A stretch of 62,795 bases of DNA, the filler included, from Hausera hauseri (lineage: Eukaryota), in NCBI GenBank assembly GCA_046269625.1. It is 12 parts of 12 records of this genome, joined end to end, with 100 filler letters (N's around TTAATTAATTAA, not from the genome) between each part and the next. Parts side by side here need not be neighbours in the genome. Positions count along the whole stretch, not along the records: positions 10,999 to 15,306 come from JBJURY010644775.1; positions 15,407 to 19,474 come from JBJURY010782646.1; positions 19,575 to 26,822 come from JBJURY010027671.1; 9 more parts are not named here. One strand, written 5' to 3'. Position 1 is the stretch's first letter. Each line of letters starts with the position of its first letter. Below the pieces are notes generated by a model, which worked only from the letters and a program-made list of their open reading frames with translations, made no database searches and had not been told where the DNA came from. The translations under genes and the position numbers were made by a program. Shown in pieces: positions 12,408-23,900 of this stretch.

Positions 12408-14040
12408 AATACCCCCCAGTGACTGAGTTTAGAAGCTTTAGAAAAAGGCTAAAAGAAAATTGTAGTATCAGGAGAACAGACAAATGATTTACCTAACAAG
12501 TTTTTGTGCGTACAAGACGTTGTACTCCATCGATGTTTACTTGTCTGCTATAGTTACTGAAAATAACGGATTTGTGACGTACTTTCAATGTAGTGTCTGA
12601 CTGTTAGTGGGATTTGTCGATAGAAATATTAGTTTTAGTGTGATTAGATGTTGTTGCTGTGGAAGGTAATACAAAGGGTGAAGGAGAGACGAGTGTAGGT
12701 AGATTATACCCGTTTTTTGCGGTAGTTTGAGCAGGTGACGAGTTCGGAGGTGGTGTAGAAATAGGCGAAGGTATAGAAGTTAAGTGTAGATCAGAAATAG
12801 TAGTAAAAGCAGGAGTAGATGGAAATGTCGAGAAGAAGGCAGGAATGGAATTGGTAGGTGACAATGTAGGCACAGAGATGAGAGCAGCGGAATGATGTGT
12901 GGTAGACTGGGAATCGAAGTCGAGCTAGAGGTGGTTATAGGTTTGGGGAATGAGGTTGATGTTTTCGTTGGAGAGGTATCGTCGACGTAAAAGGCTGGTT
13001 TTACTTTAGTAATATGCACTACAACTTCTTTTCCGTCTTTGAAGATAACAGCATTGTGTGAATGTAGTTGTATTAATTTATGTGGTCCTAAGTATTGTGG
13101 CTGGAACCCGCAAAGTGTCTGGATTTTTAGCCATACAAACTTTGCTGAGTATAAGTCTTCGGGTATGTAAGATTTGTCATTGTGTAAGAGCCTGCAAAAC
13201 AAATCTTTGCTGATTGTAACGAAATGATCTTGTGTTGCTCGTATTCTTTCGTCTGTAGGTGTTTTTTCAAGAGCCGTTAGTACAAACAGTGACCGTAAAG
13301 GGATTCCGAATAATGCTTTCGTTGGTGAACATCCTGTGGACGTGGACGGAGTGTTTCGCCAGCCCAGCAGGACGAACGGTAGAAGTGTAATCCAGTTGGT
13401 GTTTGACTGTGCAACGATTCGAAGTTATGTTTTCAAGGTTCGGTGGAAACGTTCGAGGAGGCCATTTGACTGGGGATGATAAGGTGTTGTATGAATGTGA
13501 CTTACACCCAATCGGTTTACTAGAGATTTGGACAGATTTGACTCGAATTGTGAACCTTGGTCTGAGATGATATAACGAGGAGATCCGAACCTACTAATCC
13601 ACGTACGGATGAAAGTATAGGTTATTGTGTCAGTGTTTGTACTACGCAGTGGAATGGCTTCCGGCCATCCCGAGGCACGGTCCATCATAGTCAGAATAAG
13701 TTGGTGGCCGTTGTCTATTGGAAGTGGACCAACCATATCAACATGTATAGTTTCAAAAAGTGATGTGCATGAAAAGTGGTATAATGGAAGTTTCAGATGT
13801 TTTATTGTTTTATATTTCTGACAAGACACACACTCTTTAACTCATGCTTGCACATCGGAGCGCATGGATGGCCACACTACTTGGCGTTGGAGTAAGCGAA
13901 AAGTTGCTTTGGCACCAGGATGATGTAACGAATGTACATTATAAAATGTTTATTTGTGTAAAGATGGAGAAAGAATTATTTTGTATTGTCCTGGTTTCGA
14001 AGTATCTAAGGCCACGCCGTCGATTATCGGGTGAGATTTA
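12408..14040 (-). mobile_element. Ty3/Gypsy (CsRn1-like) integrase, 3' region, PPT and start of 3' LTR; decayed
   Basis: HHCC motif (HSLHHPG...WPSMRSDV..*VKECVSCQ), core IHVDMVGPLP, IISDQGSQF and TTPYHPQSNGLLERFHRTLK, GPY/F-like YLGPHKL. Polypurine tract CTGGGGGGTAT (12419-12409) is followed by TGTAGTG at 12408. Contains in-frame stops. Confidence 0.85.
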
Positions 14041-15974
14041 AACGATTTGAGAATATCTTGCGATGGCTGATTTTCTTGGAGCTTTGTGTTGGTGGTACAG
14101 GGGTTAGTATCATTAATAACCTTAAATGGTACCTAACATATAAATCCATATGAGTTCATGTCTACCCGTAATTTTATTGTCCATGTTCCTTCATTTGTAA
14201 ATGTCGTTCTCGAGCGTCTCTGATAACTGAAGGTTTCCGTGAGTTGATGGTAGACAGGTGTTTCTCCTTAGAATAATCTCATATCCGAAGGTATGTGTGT
14301 GAGTTAGAACTCGATACAAATGTTCAGCATTTTTAGGTGTTTGCGGTATGTCCACACATCTATAATTTACCCTATTATTTTCATCCATCCCTATATAGTC
14401 TTATTAGAGTTGGATATTCCTTGCATATTCTCAACATTTATATAAATGTTTAAGTGTCTGTTTATTTCATGACAATGTTTCTTCCAATGTTTATTCTTCT
14501 CTTCATTTTATCGTATATACGTGAATATACGCGTACTTATCTTTTGGTTAATGTGTTCGATCCCTTTTATAATATTATTTATCCTGGACTGTATTACCAT
14601 GGTATGCTTCCACCATCTGTATAATGATGGCTGTCACTCATATCGACTCTTCAGCACACTGTTATTCACATTCAACGATCATCTATAAATTCTTCGCGAC
14701 CATAGTAACTTCAGTAGAATAGTCTCTGTCATGAGGTTAAAAGTCCATTCACCCTTTTTGAACCCGTTGCAGGTTTGAATATCTCGTAGACATAACGCTT
14801 TCAAAAAACTGCTATCATTCCCATTTTGTTCTCACAACTCAATTTCGCAGCAATTATCCACCACCGAAATATCGCAATATTAACGTCCAATCCCAAACCC
14901 AAATATGAAATGTTTACGGATTACGGTTAGTACGGGACTATATTAATTTGACCAACGATACAAACAATCAATCCAAAATCATGACTAGATTAAGTTCAAA
15001 CTTATAATTTTTTGTCTTCAATACAGTTCCTATACCACAACTCCACGGCAGTAGTACCATAACTCCCACCAAAACCCAAAGGATGCTACACTCCTACAGA
15101 GCCGCAATTATAGACCGATATTCATCATTAGTCGAAAGGGAATCACAGTTGAATAATAGGAATTAAATTAAATACCATGATTCATACACATTACACATAA
15201 AGTTTAGTCAACAGGTACAGGTAATCTCCCTTACTAATTAAAAATGTATCATTTAAAACTACGCGCAATATCACATACTCAAAACTCAGTTGGGGTAAGG
15301 TCATCTNNNNNNNNNNNNNNNNNNNNNNNNNNNNNNNNNNNNNNNNNNNNTTAATTAATTAANNNNNNNNNNNNNNNNNNNNNNNNNNNNNNNNNNNNNN
15401 NNNNNNTCATATGCCATTCGACGCAGATTTAAATTCTGCACAAGATGAAACTTTCAAAAATAATTTATCTGTTAAGGAAAAAATTTTTTCAATAACAAAA
15501 TATTTTCCCACGGTCCAGAATATTTTTTCACGCTCAATATTTTCTTCCCTTGGAAAGGGGTTGGGCCAGTGCGCTCACATCTTACTACTGAAAGCCATTC
15601 GACCAATATAAATTCTAACTGCACCCATGTGCTAATCATCAATATTTAAAATATCGGAAATCCGATATTATTGGTTTTTTCACACTTGCACATGTGAAGT
15701 GCACCTGCACTATGTACCAATCGATGTGCATTAATGTACACTACGATCAGCACTTTGTCCAATTGCATTCGAATAATTGTGCAATATCAAGCTATAGATT
15801 TGTGAAATGTGCAAAAATGTGCATAGCAACGGTGCATAACAGCACCGTCGCCTAGCACATTACCGATAAATAGTGCTCCATGTGCACTATCGTTTCGTAC
15901 ATGTGCAATTTGATTTATCGATTCGCACACCATGCTTCGGGGAAGGGGATGGGGTTGTGCAGAGTTCTCATTTT

Positions 15975-18900
15975 CTACCTACTAATTAGCATCTTTGTCC
16001 GCATCAACTCACACACCAACTCGATAATAATCCTGTTGAGGATGTTCTCCATCGTCTTGCCAAAAACGCTATTGTTATACAGCTTAAATTGATCCTTTTC
16101 GAAGTCGTTCTTGGCATTGGCCCGCAGCTTCGTATTGAGGTTTATGTACGGCTGCAGCCAGATGGACTGGCTGAACTGCAGGGTCCGATGGATCTTTGTG
16201 ATGCGGAGTCCATTTCTAGTAGCCTGCTGGAGATTGATATAGTAAACGACATACCTCTCCATGTTATTCATATGGCAGAGCAGCTTTCTATGTTTACCAT
16301 TAAGCAACTGCTTGCACTCAAAGAGAAAATGCAGCTGTTCATGCTTTGTGTGGATGCTATGTGAATATTTAACATCCATTTCCAGTATGTAGCCCGTATC
16401 TCCATTGGGATCTACATCTGCAACAGGGACGACTTCCGAGTGATCCACCAATTTAAAGTCATCATAAGGCAATGGGGTGTATTGCACATCCATATAAGTC
16501 GTTGGCATCCAGGTAGATGATGCATCAAGATACCTAGGATGGATCATACTGGGCCATATACTTGTTCTTGGCCTCTCTATACCGGTGAATGGCCCGGAAT
16601 ATTTCGCCTCTAATGCTTAGCTCGACAATGAGGATCATGTCATAATCCTTTATGATCTGCAGACTAATACCAGTATATCGCAGCTTTGCTGTCCAACTCA
16701 TTTCTAAAACGGTAGAGAAATGAGCCGGATCCATCTTATGGCTCTTCAGCATGACATCTCGGAAGCTTTCAGAAATATCCGCCAGCAGCAGCACATGCGT
16801 ACGGAGATATATGTCACTGTATGCTACTAATGTTCTACATTTCAATGACTCTCAGATCTTTTGTGCGTCGTAGTAATCCGCATCGCTGATATGGCTGTGT
16901 GAAAGATGACTGTAATAGTTCTTCTTGGTCGGGAATGCATTTCATCCAATGATCCCCATGATGTGATATAATCATAGAGAAACACTCATTTCCTCTTTAT
17001 TAAACCAAATGTATTAGGAATGAAGCGCTTAATCTCCCTAAGTTCTTCTGCTGGGAGTTTTTCCATTAAGCTATCAGTTGAAGAGGACATGAAGCACAAT
17101 ATATCTACAAAGCGAAGTCGGACTATTCCGACATACCTCATAAAGGTGACATATATCTCCTCACTATTATGAATCAGATCAATGTTCACCCCCATGTTGC
17201 CTAGTTCTCTCACTATGAAGTGGGAATAATATACACGCAGGTTGTGAAATACCACAGGCACATATGTGCATATTTTGCAGCGCAGACCGCAACTGCTGCA
17301 TGCTGCGCCTCTTATGTGCCTGTAAAATGGCAGTGATCCCTCAATTTGTGATTCGCCGCTGTAAAAGATTAATTGCACAAGTAGCAATTTACTGCCTTGT
17401 GGCATTCTTCTTGTTTTTTCGACATGCTCATTGCATTCTTATGTTGCTGCAATATGCCTTTAATCCTATGAGCAATGTCTTCCAATTGCTTAATGAAATG
17501 TGCTGCTGCACTGGGGTCCTGAATAAAAATCGTTTATTGTCCAGTACTTTTTCATATATGCAATATGACAAAAGTTCGTGATGTTGGTATGCCGTTGTGC
17601 TGCTGTGTTGCAAATTGGGGTTGCAACTGTAAAATGGACGAAAAATTGCACCAAAGTCGCAATAGATGATTATTGACACCTGGATCATCTTTTCGAACTC
17701 CTTAAATTCGACATAGTCCTTCTTAAAAATTCTGGCCTGATGCACCGGTTAATGTTGCAGTATATATTTTGCTCTTCAAGCTTCAATACTGCTATATTGC
17801 CGCCGAAATGGGTGAAGCATCTTTTATGTATTTTGATTTGTCCGTGATGTTTCGCAATTTTGGATCTAACTAGACCCTCAAAGTCTTTGATCCATACATA
17901 ATGCTTCTTTTCTCCAACATCTAGCAAGAGTACATTCCTGTGATCTTTTAATTCCACATCGCATATTTTCAGCGGATAGAATTTATCATCCTTGTCCAAT
18001 CCAAAGATGTTGACAGACATGTTGTTCATTTGTCCAAATTTTTTGAATCCATCTAACGATGGTGACAATATGATACATTGGAAGTCATCGTTATGCCCTA
18101 CATCCATATATAGCCAAACTCTATCTGTTACATGTTTTTGATCCCGTACGATTTTACATATAATGGTATGCATGAAGCACTTGTTGTCATTATTATGTAC
18201 ATTGGTGCATGCCTTTTTAATAGCTATCCATTCAGGGAGCTGAATATAGGAACTGCCCCGCATTGTGAAGTACTTGTGTATATGTACATGCAATCTCTTG
18301 ATGAATTTCAGGGTACAGCTGTTCTTCTTATCCTGGCTCTCCTCAGCCTCATGGATCAGCTTCGCCCACTCCTCATGCAGCTATTCTGAAATATGGCTTG
18401 TTTTTAATATGGGCCTATTTTGGTCTTGAAGGCCATTTTGGATTCTTTGCCATCAACGTTGGTAAATGTGGCTTCCAACTTCAAGTTTATTTTAATGGCC
18501 TTGAGCTCCACAGTATTGTTGTGGAGAAACCCTATTGTTTCATCATGTGTATATTCAAGAAATTCATTCAGGGTTCTTTGATTTGTTGCACAAATAACAT
18601 ATCTGCGGCCTTTTCGCTTCAGTACTGCAGTATCAACTGGTTGCTGTCTTTGACTTTTAGATGGGGCATCTTGAATATCTGCTTCTGCTGCTGCTACACG
18701 TTTTAATCCTGAATTTGGAACTGGCTTTGCTTCTGCTGCATCTCTAACTGGCTGTGCTGCTACAGCTGGCTAATAGTGCTTATTAAGGATGGCCTTCTTA
18801 GACTTTGATGTGAAATCTGCCGAATTAGCATTATGATATTCATGAAATATCATGTAATCTCCATCACATGCAGCCTCGCATTCTGGACAAATTTTATACT

Positions 18901-18980
18901 GGATCTTATTGAATTTGTTTTCATAGTAGAGTTTTCGTGGTATAATGGCAGTTTTGAGGTTTGTGTATAGCACATGTACA
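15975..18980 (-). pseudogene. Polinton/Maverick (adintovirus-type) protein-primed family B DNA polymerase, fragmented and C-terminally truncated
   Basis: Collinear pieces: GSSYIQLPEWIAIKKACTNVHNNDNKCF; IIYCDF (Exo I); DHCHFTG...RGAA..C; VPVVFHNL (Exo II); LRFVD..CFMSSS; YLRTHVLLLAD..ESFR (Exo III); DPAHF; YLDA; GYILEMDVKY; KLYNNSVFGKTMEN (motif B). Many frameshifts and stops. Confidence 0.88.
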
Positions 18981-19576
18981 ATACACGTATGAACTGCATC
19001 TTTGAATTTTCTTAGGCATGGAAGTCATTATTGGCATATTAGGACTGAATATTTGTATTTTTGAGTTGGTAAAGGAAATCAAGTGTTGTTTATGGACATT
19101 GTAAAAGTCCTCATAATTGGTTCAGCACATTACCTCATATTTGGGGCATATATAATATTCATTCCTGTTGTAAAGGTGACTGGAATACTTTTTCATCACA
19201 GTATGGCAATTTTCAGGCTCATGGATCTGAGCCATGCATTCTTTGTATAGTTTGCAAATCTAAAAAATAAATCAATTATTTGAGGAGCACAAATAAAATA
19301 CTCACCATTCTTGGAAGTGATTTTGGAAATAATGAAAAATATAGCCATGTCAACGCACACTGCCTCATTTATAGATTTTTTAAATTCGAATTTTGATTTT
19401 ATTAATTATTTTAAATTTGAATTCTCCTTAATTTTCAAACATTCTAGAACAATTTGTTTTAATGCATCAAATAANNNNNNNNNNNNNNNNNNNNNNNNNN
19501 NNNNNNNNNNNNNNNNNNTTAATTAATTAANNNNNNNNNNNNNNNNNNNNNNNNNNNNNNNNNNNNNNNNNNNNAT

Positions 19577-19690
19577 TCCTGAACTTAAGGTTAACGTTAT
19601 CCCCTATCCATCCACTACGCCTTGGGTACAGATCCTTAAAGCCAGGGGTAACGTGAGCCCCTAGTCAGGCACTACGCCTTGGGTACAGAT
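19577..19690. repeat. Two imperfect tandem ~57-bp units flanking the hAT left end
   Basis: CACTACGCCTTGGGTACAGAT occurs twice, each preceded by a similar GG.TAACGT...CCCCTA stretch. Confidence 0.7.
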
Positions 19691-21425
19691 TAGAGATGGG
19701 AAAAATCACTCAATTTTAAGATTTGAGATTGGTGACCCATTTGACCCTAATGACAAACTAATTCCAATCAGTCATTCATTCATTGATGACGTCACTCCCC
19801 TATTCGTTATTGAGATTACCGGTATCGTTTGTAATTGAAATAATCGTTTTTCGCGTAGACAACCATAGCAGTATCGAGCGCTGATATATTTACGATATTT
19901 ATAACGGGTCACTAATCTTGGCTCTTTGCAATCAGCCAATCATAAATCTCGAGTCCAGGAAATAGAAATAAAATATCGAAAGTATTAGGGGGTATTCATT
20001 TTCAAATATGAATGGGGGTAAAAAGTTTTGGTCAAGTTCTATTTTTAGACAAGACCTGCGCTCGGCGATTTTTCTTTGTTTTAACTAAAGCGGCCATTAT
20101 GAGCAGGTGAGTTAAAATATTACTCAAATATATAGATCTAGATCTAAGTAGCTATTTTATATAATTAACTAAACGTATGCACACATCAAATTGCAAATAA
20201 CTTCTTTCTTTCTTATCACTGGTCCAATAAGACTACTAGATTTTGATCTACTATAGCTCTATATTCAATGATCAGGCTAAATTTCTCTAGTCTTTATCCC
20301 GAGGGAAAAAAATAACTTCTGCTCACGGCAGGTAGACTACTAATCTATATCTAAAAAATGACTTTCTAAGCCTAAAAAGGTCGTAATGGTCACTTGGTCT
20401 TGTTCATTGCCTGAATAAAGTATTTCTATTTTAATGTCCTTTCCACATCATTATTCGTCCAAATTACTTTAGATATTTATGTCAAATCACATGTATCTCA
20501 TTTATTTAAAGTATTTGGTTAGAGATGATTTAATGAACTTAAATTTGTTTAAACAGAAATAACTTTTTTACTTCATTTCTTTCAGGTTTATGTCAATTCC
20601 ACGCTTTGTATAGCAGGACCAGTTCTCAGTAACATGTAAGTATTAAATAGTTAATCATGATCATTTCAGTCAATAGTTGTCAAATTACTTGAAAAAAATT
20701 TCATGTCTAGCCCATCTGAATCAATTCATTCTTTTGTAGTCATTGCAATAAAGTGTACAATTATGCTTTAGGCTATCTAAATATAGCCTATGATACAATG
20801 AATTCACATGGCACCAAGAATGGCATTGGTAACTTCTTAAAGGGATTGGTAAAGCCTGGAACTATGGAATCCAGTTGGAAAAATCAACCACCTCTGTCTG
20901 GCGCTCATACTATCAACCTAATCTATGCTTTCTCTGTTAAGTTTTCAGTGATTATACTTTTTACAGCAGTTGCAAAAGTAAGACTCTCAAAATAAGATAT
21001 GATAAGACCTTTACTTTTACACTGGAAATTTATTTAAAATCTCTTTAACTATATATACCAACTATATCAGCTGAGCTACTTGACCAGCTTTAAGGCATGA
21101 TTACATTTGTAAATGTCTGCTATGAGTAAAAGGTCTTTAGATAAAGAGATCTAATTTTTTTGTTCTTTCAGCCAATCCACCTACATAGACTGTAACTTCA
21201 CCTTGCCCAAAACTGTCCCCTAAAAGAATACAAAGAAAATTAGGTAAATAACTATTGTACTGACTAATGTGCATTTTTTTTTCAAATACATTTTTTTTTT
21301 TATTATATTCTTCATAAATATTTATTCATTAAATATGCTAATCATTTTTTTTTATTTAAAAAAAAAATAATGTTGGTTTAATCCTGCTATTTCCATTTCA
21401 GGTAATACTTTTTTAAGAGATAGTA

Positions 21426-23234
21426 ATGGAAAGCAAGAGAAAAAGAAGTAAAGTCTGGGACATATTCACATCTACTGAGGCAAACAAAAAAGCTAAATGT
21501 GGGTTGTGCAGCAGTATTATATCAACACCAGCAGCCTCTACAAGCAACCTAAGTAGACATCTAAAATTAAAGCACCCTTTTGTGTCATTAGAGCGCCAGC
21601 CAGAAGAACAACATACAGCTGATTTAATTGAAATTGACATCAACACGCCTACAACAAGCACAAAGAATGCTGAAGCCGTTCAGACAAAGATGTCCAGTTT
21701 TGTTAAAAGACCCATGTCTGCACATGTAAACAAAGCACTGGATGATCAGGTGTTAGTTATGTTAATTAAGGATTTTCAGCCATTTTCAGTGGTTGAAAGT
21801 CAAGAATTTAAAAAACTTGTACATATGTTAAATCCAAATTACAGTTTACCATCTAGAAAGACTGTTTCCACTGTATTATTACCTAAGTTATATTTAGAAA
21901 CAAAAGAAATTGTTAAAAAATATGTTATGGCAGCTGACTCTGTTTCTTTGACAACAGACAGCTGGACTTCCATTTCTAATGAAAATTTTCTAGCAATTAC
22001 AGCTCACTTTCTTAGTGAAAAAACTGAGATTAAATCATTTTTGTTAGACTGCTTCCAATTTAATGAAAGGCATACTGCAGAAAATTTATCTAGTGAGCTT
22101 TTAAGAATTGTAAATGAATGGAATATAAAAGATAAAGTCAGTGTTGTTGTAACTGATAATGCAGCAAATATTACAGCTGCAGTCAGGTTATGTAAATATA
22201 ATCATTTATCATGTTTTGCCCATACTCTAAATTTAATAGTACAAGCAGGGTTAAAAGAAATCAACACTATTCACAAAACAGTTAAAAGTATTGTAGAGTA
22301 TTTTAAAAGGTCTCCACAAGCTGCTCAGAAGTTACGTGTTACACAAAATCAGATGGGTCTAAATGAAATTAAGTTGAAACAAGATGTCTCAACCCGATGG
22401 AATTCCTCTTATGATATGTTTACACGGATATTAGAGCAGAAGGATCCTGTTGTCTCAACTCTTGCAATTGTAAATCCAGTTTTAAATAAACTATCTGAAA
22501 ATGACTGGTGTGTTCTTGAAAAAGCTTGTCAAATTTTATCAGTTTTTAAGGAAGTTACAGAGGAAATGAGCAGTGAAAAAAATGTCTCTGTATCCAAAAT
22601 TTTAGCTGTCATTGCAGGGTTAGAGACACATATTGATAAAGTTTTTAAAATTCCCAATCTTCCTCTTGAAATTTTTAGCATGGCAAATGTAATAAAACAA
22701 GATTTATCAAAAAGATTTAGTAATTCAGAAAAAAACTTAATCTTAGCTGAAGCCACTGCTCTAGATCCCAGGTTTAAAAAATATGGTTTTAGAAATAGTT
22801 TAAATTTTCAAAATTGTTGTACAAATATTGAAAAACAAATCTCCTCATTGCAGCCAGAAGTACAAGCAGTTACTGAATTACAGTCATATGCACCAACTCA
22901 AACTTCTACTCTTTGGGCTGAATTTGATAACCAAATGATTAATGTTATCAGTTCAGCTCATTCTACAGCCACAAATGCAGTAGAATTTGAAAGTTTTTTG
23001 CATGAACAAAATATTTTAAGACAGCAGGACCCTTTAAAATGGTGGGAAGAAAGAAAAAACCTTTATCCCAATGTGTATAAAATCATGAAAACTAGGTTAA
23101 ACATTCCTGCAACATCTGTGCCTTGTGAGAGGATATTTTCCAAGGGTGGGCAGGTACTAACCGAGCGAAGGAGTAGATTATCAGCTGATAAGTTATCACA
23201 GATCCTATTCTTAAATTATAATTATAAAAAGTAA
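21426..23234 (+). CDS. hAT transposase with BED zinc finger (ZBED1/ZBED4-like), 602 aa, intact
   Basis: BED finger SKVWDIF...AKCGLC...TSNLSRHLKLKH. Catalytic LTTDSWTS and VTDNAAN, CFAH (CxxH), TRWNS, LDPRFK. Dimerisation domain with PLKWW and PATSVPCERIFS. Confidence 0.95.
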   Translation: MESKRKRSKVWDIFTSTEANKKAKCGLCSSIISTPAASTSNLSRHLKLKHPFVSLERQPEEQHTADLIEIDINTPTTSTKNAEAVQTKMSSFVKRPMSAHVNKALDDQVLVMLIKDFQPFSVVESQEFKKLVHMLNPNYSLPSRKTVSTVLLPKLYLETKEIVKKYVMAADSVSLTTDSWTSISNENFLAITAHFLSEKTEIKSFLLDCFQFNERHTAENLSSELLRIVNEWNIKDKVSVVVTDNAANITAAVRLCKYNHLSCFAHTLNLIVQAGLKEINTIHKTVKSIVEYFKRSPQAAQKLRVTQNQMGLNEIKLKQDVSTRWNSSYDMFTRILEQKDPVVSTLAIVNPVLNKLSENDWCVLEKACQILSVFKEVTEEMSSEKNVSVSKILAVIAGLETHIDKVFKIPNLPLEIFSMANVIKQDLSKRFSNSEKNLILAEATALDPRFKKYGFRNSLNFQNCCTNIEKQISSLQPEVQAVTELQSYAPTQTSTLWAEFDNQMINVISSAHSTATNAVEFESFLHEQNILRQQDPLKWWEERKNLYPNVYKIMKTRLNIPATSVPCERIFSKGGQVLTERRSRLSADKLSQILFLNYNYKK

Positions 23235-23439
23235 TTTTTTTCTCCATAAAGTAAAAGCCAGTTTGTATTTTTACATGTTTATTTTGTGTAATATGGATAT
23301 TACAAGGAATAATTAATGTATTTTGTGAATTGAAATGTTTAATTTTTACAGTTTTCATTAATACCCTCATGTAACCGATTCTGTATTGTAAAAAACCTAA
23401 CTTGATTTCGTTACTTCACATTAATTATCTCACAAGCCA

Positions 23440-23900
23440 GGTTTTTTCAGTTTTCACTATTTATGCAAAATGTATGAATTCAGATAAAAATGTTTATGTA
23501 AAATGTAGGCCTATGTTAAATGGAAACAGTCTTTTTATTTATTTATTTCTTTTTTAGTGTTATGCAAAATGTATTAACTGGAAGCAGTTTTTTTTTCAGT
23601 GTACAATGTTTATGTAAAATTTATATTCTTGGAAGCAGATTTTTTTTAGTTTACAATGCTTATGTAAAATGTACGTTAACTGGAAGCAATTTTTTTTCAG
23701 TTAACAATGTTTATGTAAAATGTATGTTAATTGGAAGCTGTATATTTTTCAGTTAAAAATGTTTATGTAAAGTGTATGTTAATTAAAAGCATTTTTTTCA
23801 GTTAGCAATGTTTATGTAAAATGAACATTAACATGTATTTTTTAAGTTAACAATGTTTATGTAAAATGTGTGTAATTGGAAGCAGTTTTTTTTACAGCTT
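23440..23900. repeat. Tandem ~55-60-bp minisatellite inside the hAT element
   Basis: About 8 imperfect copies of TTTTTTCAGTTAACAATGTTTATGTAAAATGTATGTTAAYTGGAAGCA. Confidence 0.85.

Noticed and set aside
14100-15306. Possible additional very old integrase/RNase H remnant (GPFKVI-like and TDGG-like motifs on the minus strand)
   Set aside because: Too degenerate to support without a profile search.
23440-23900. CRISPR-like array
   Set aside because: Head-to-tail degenerate units with no unique spacers, no cas genes, and a eukaryotic transposon context.
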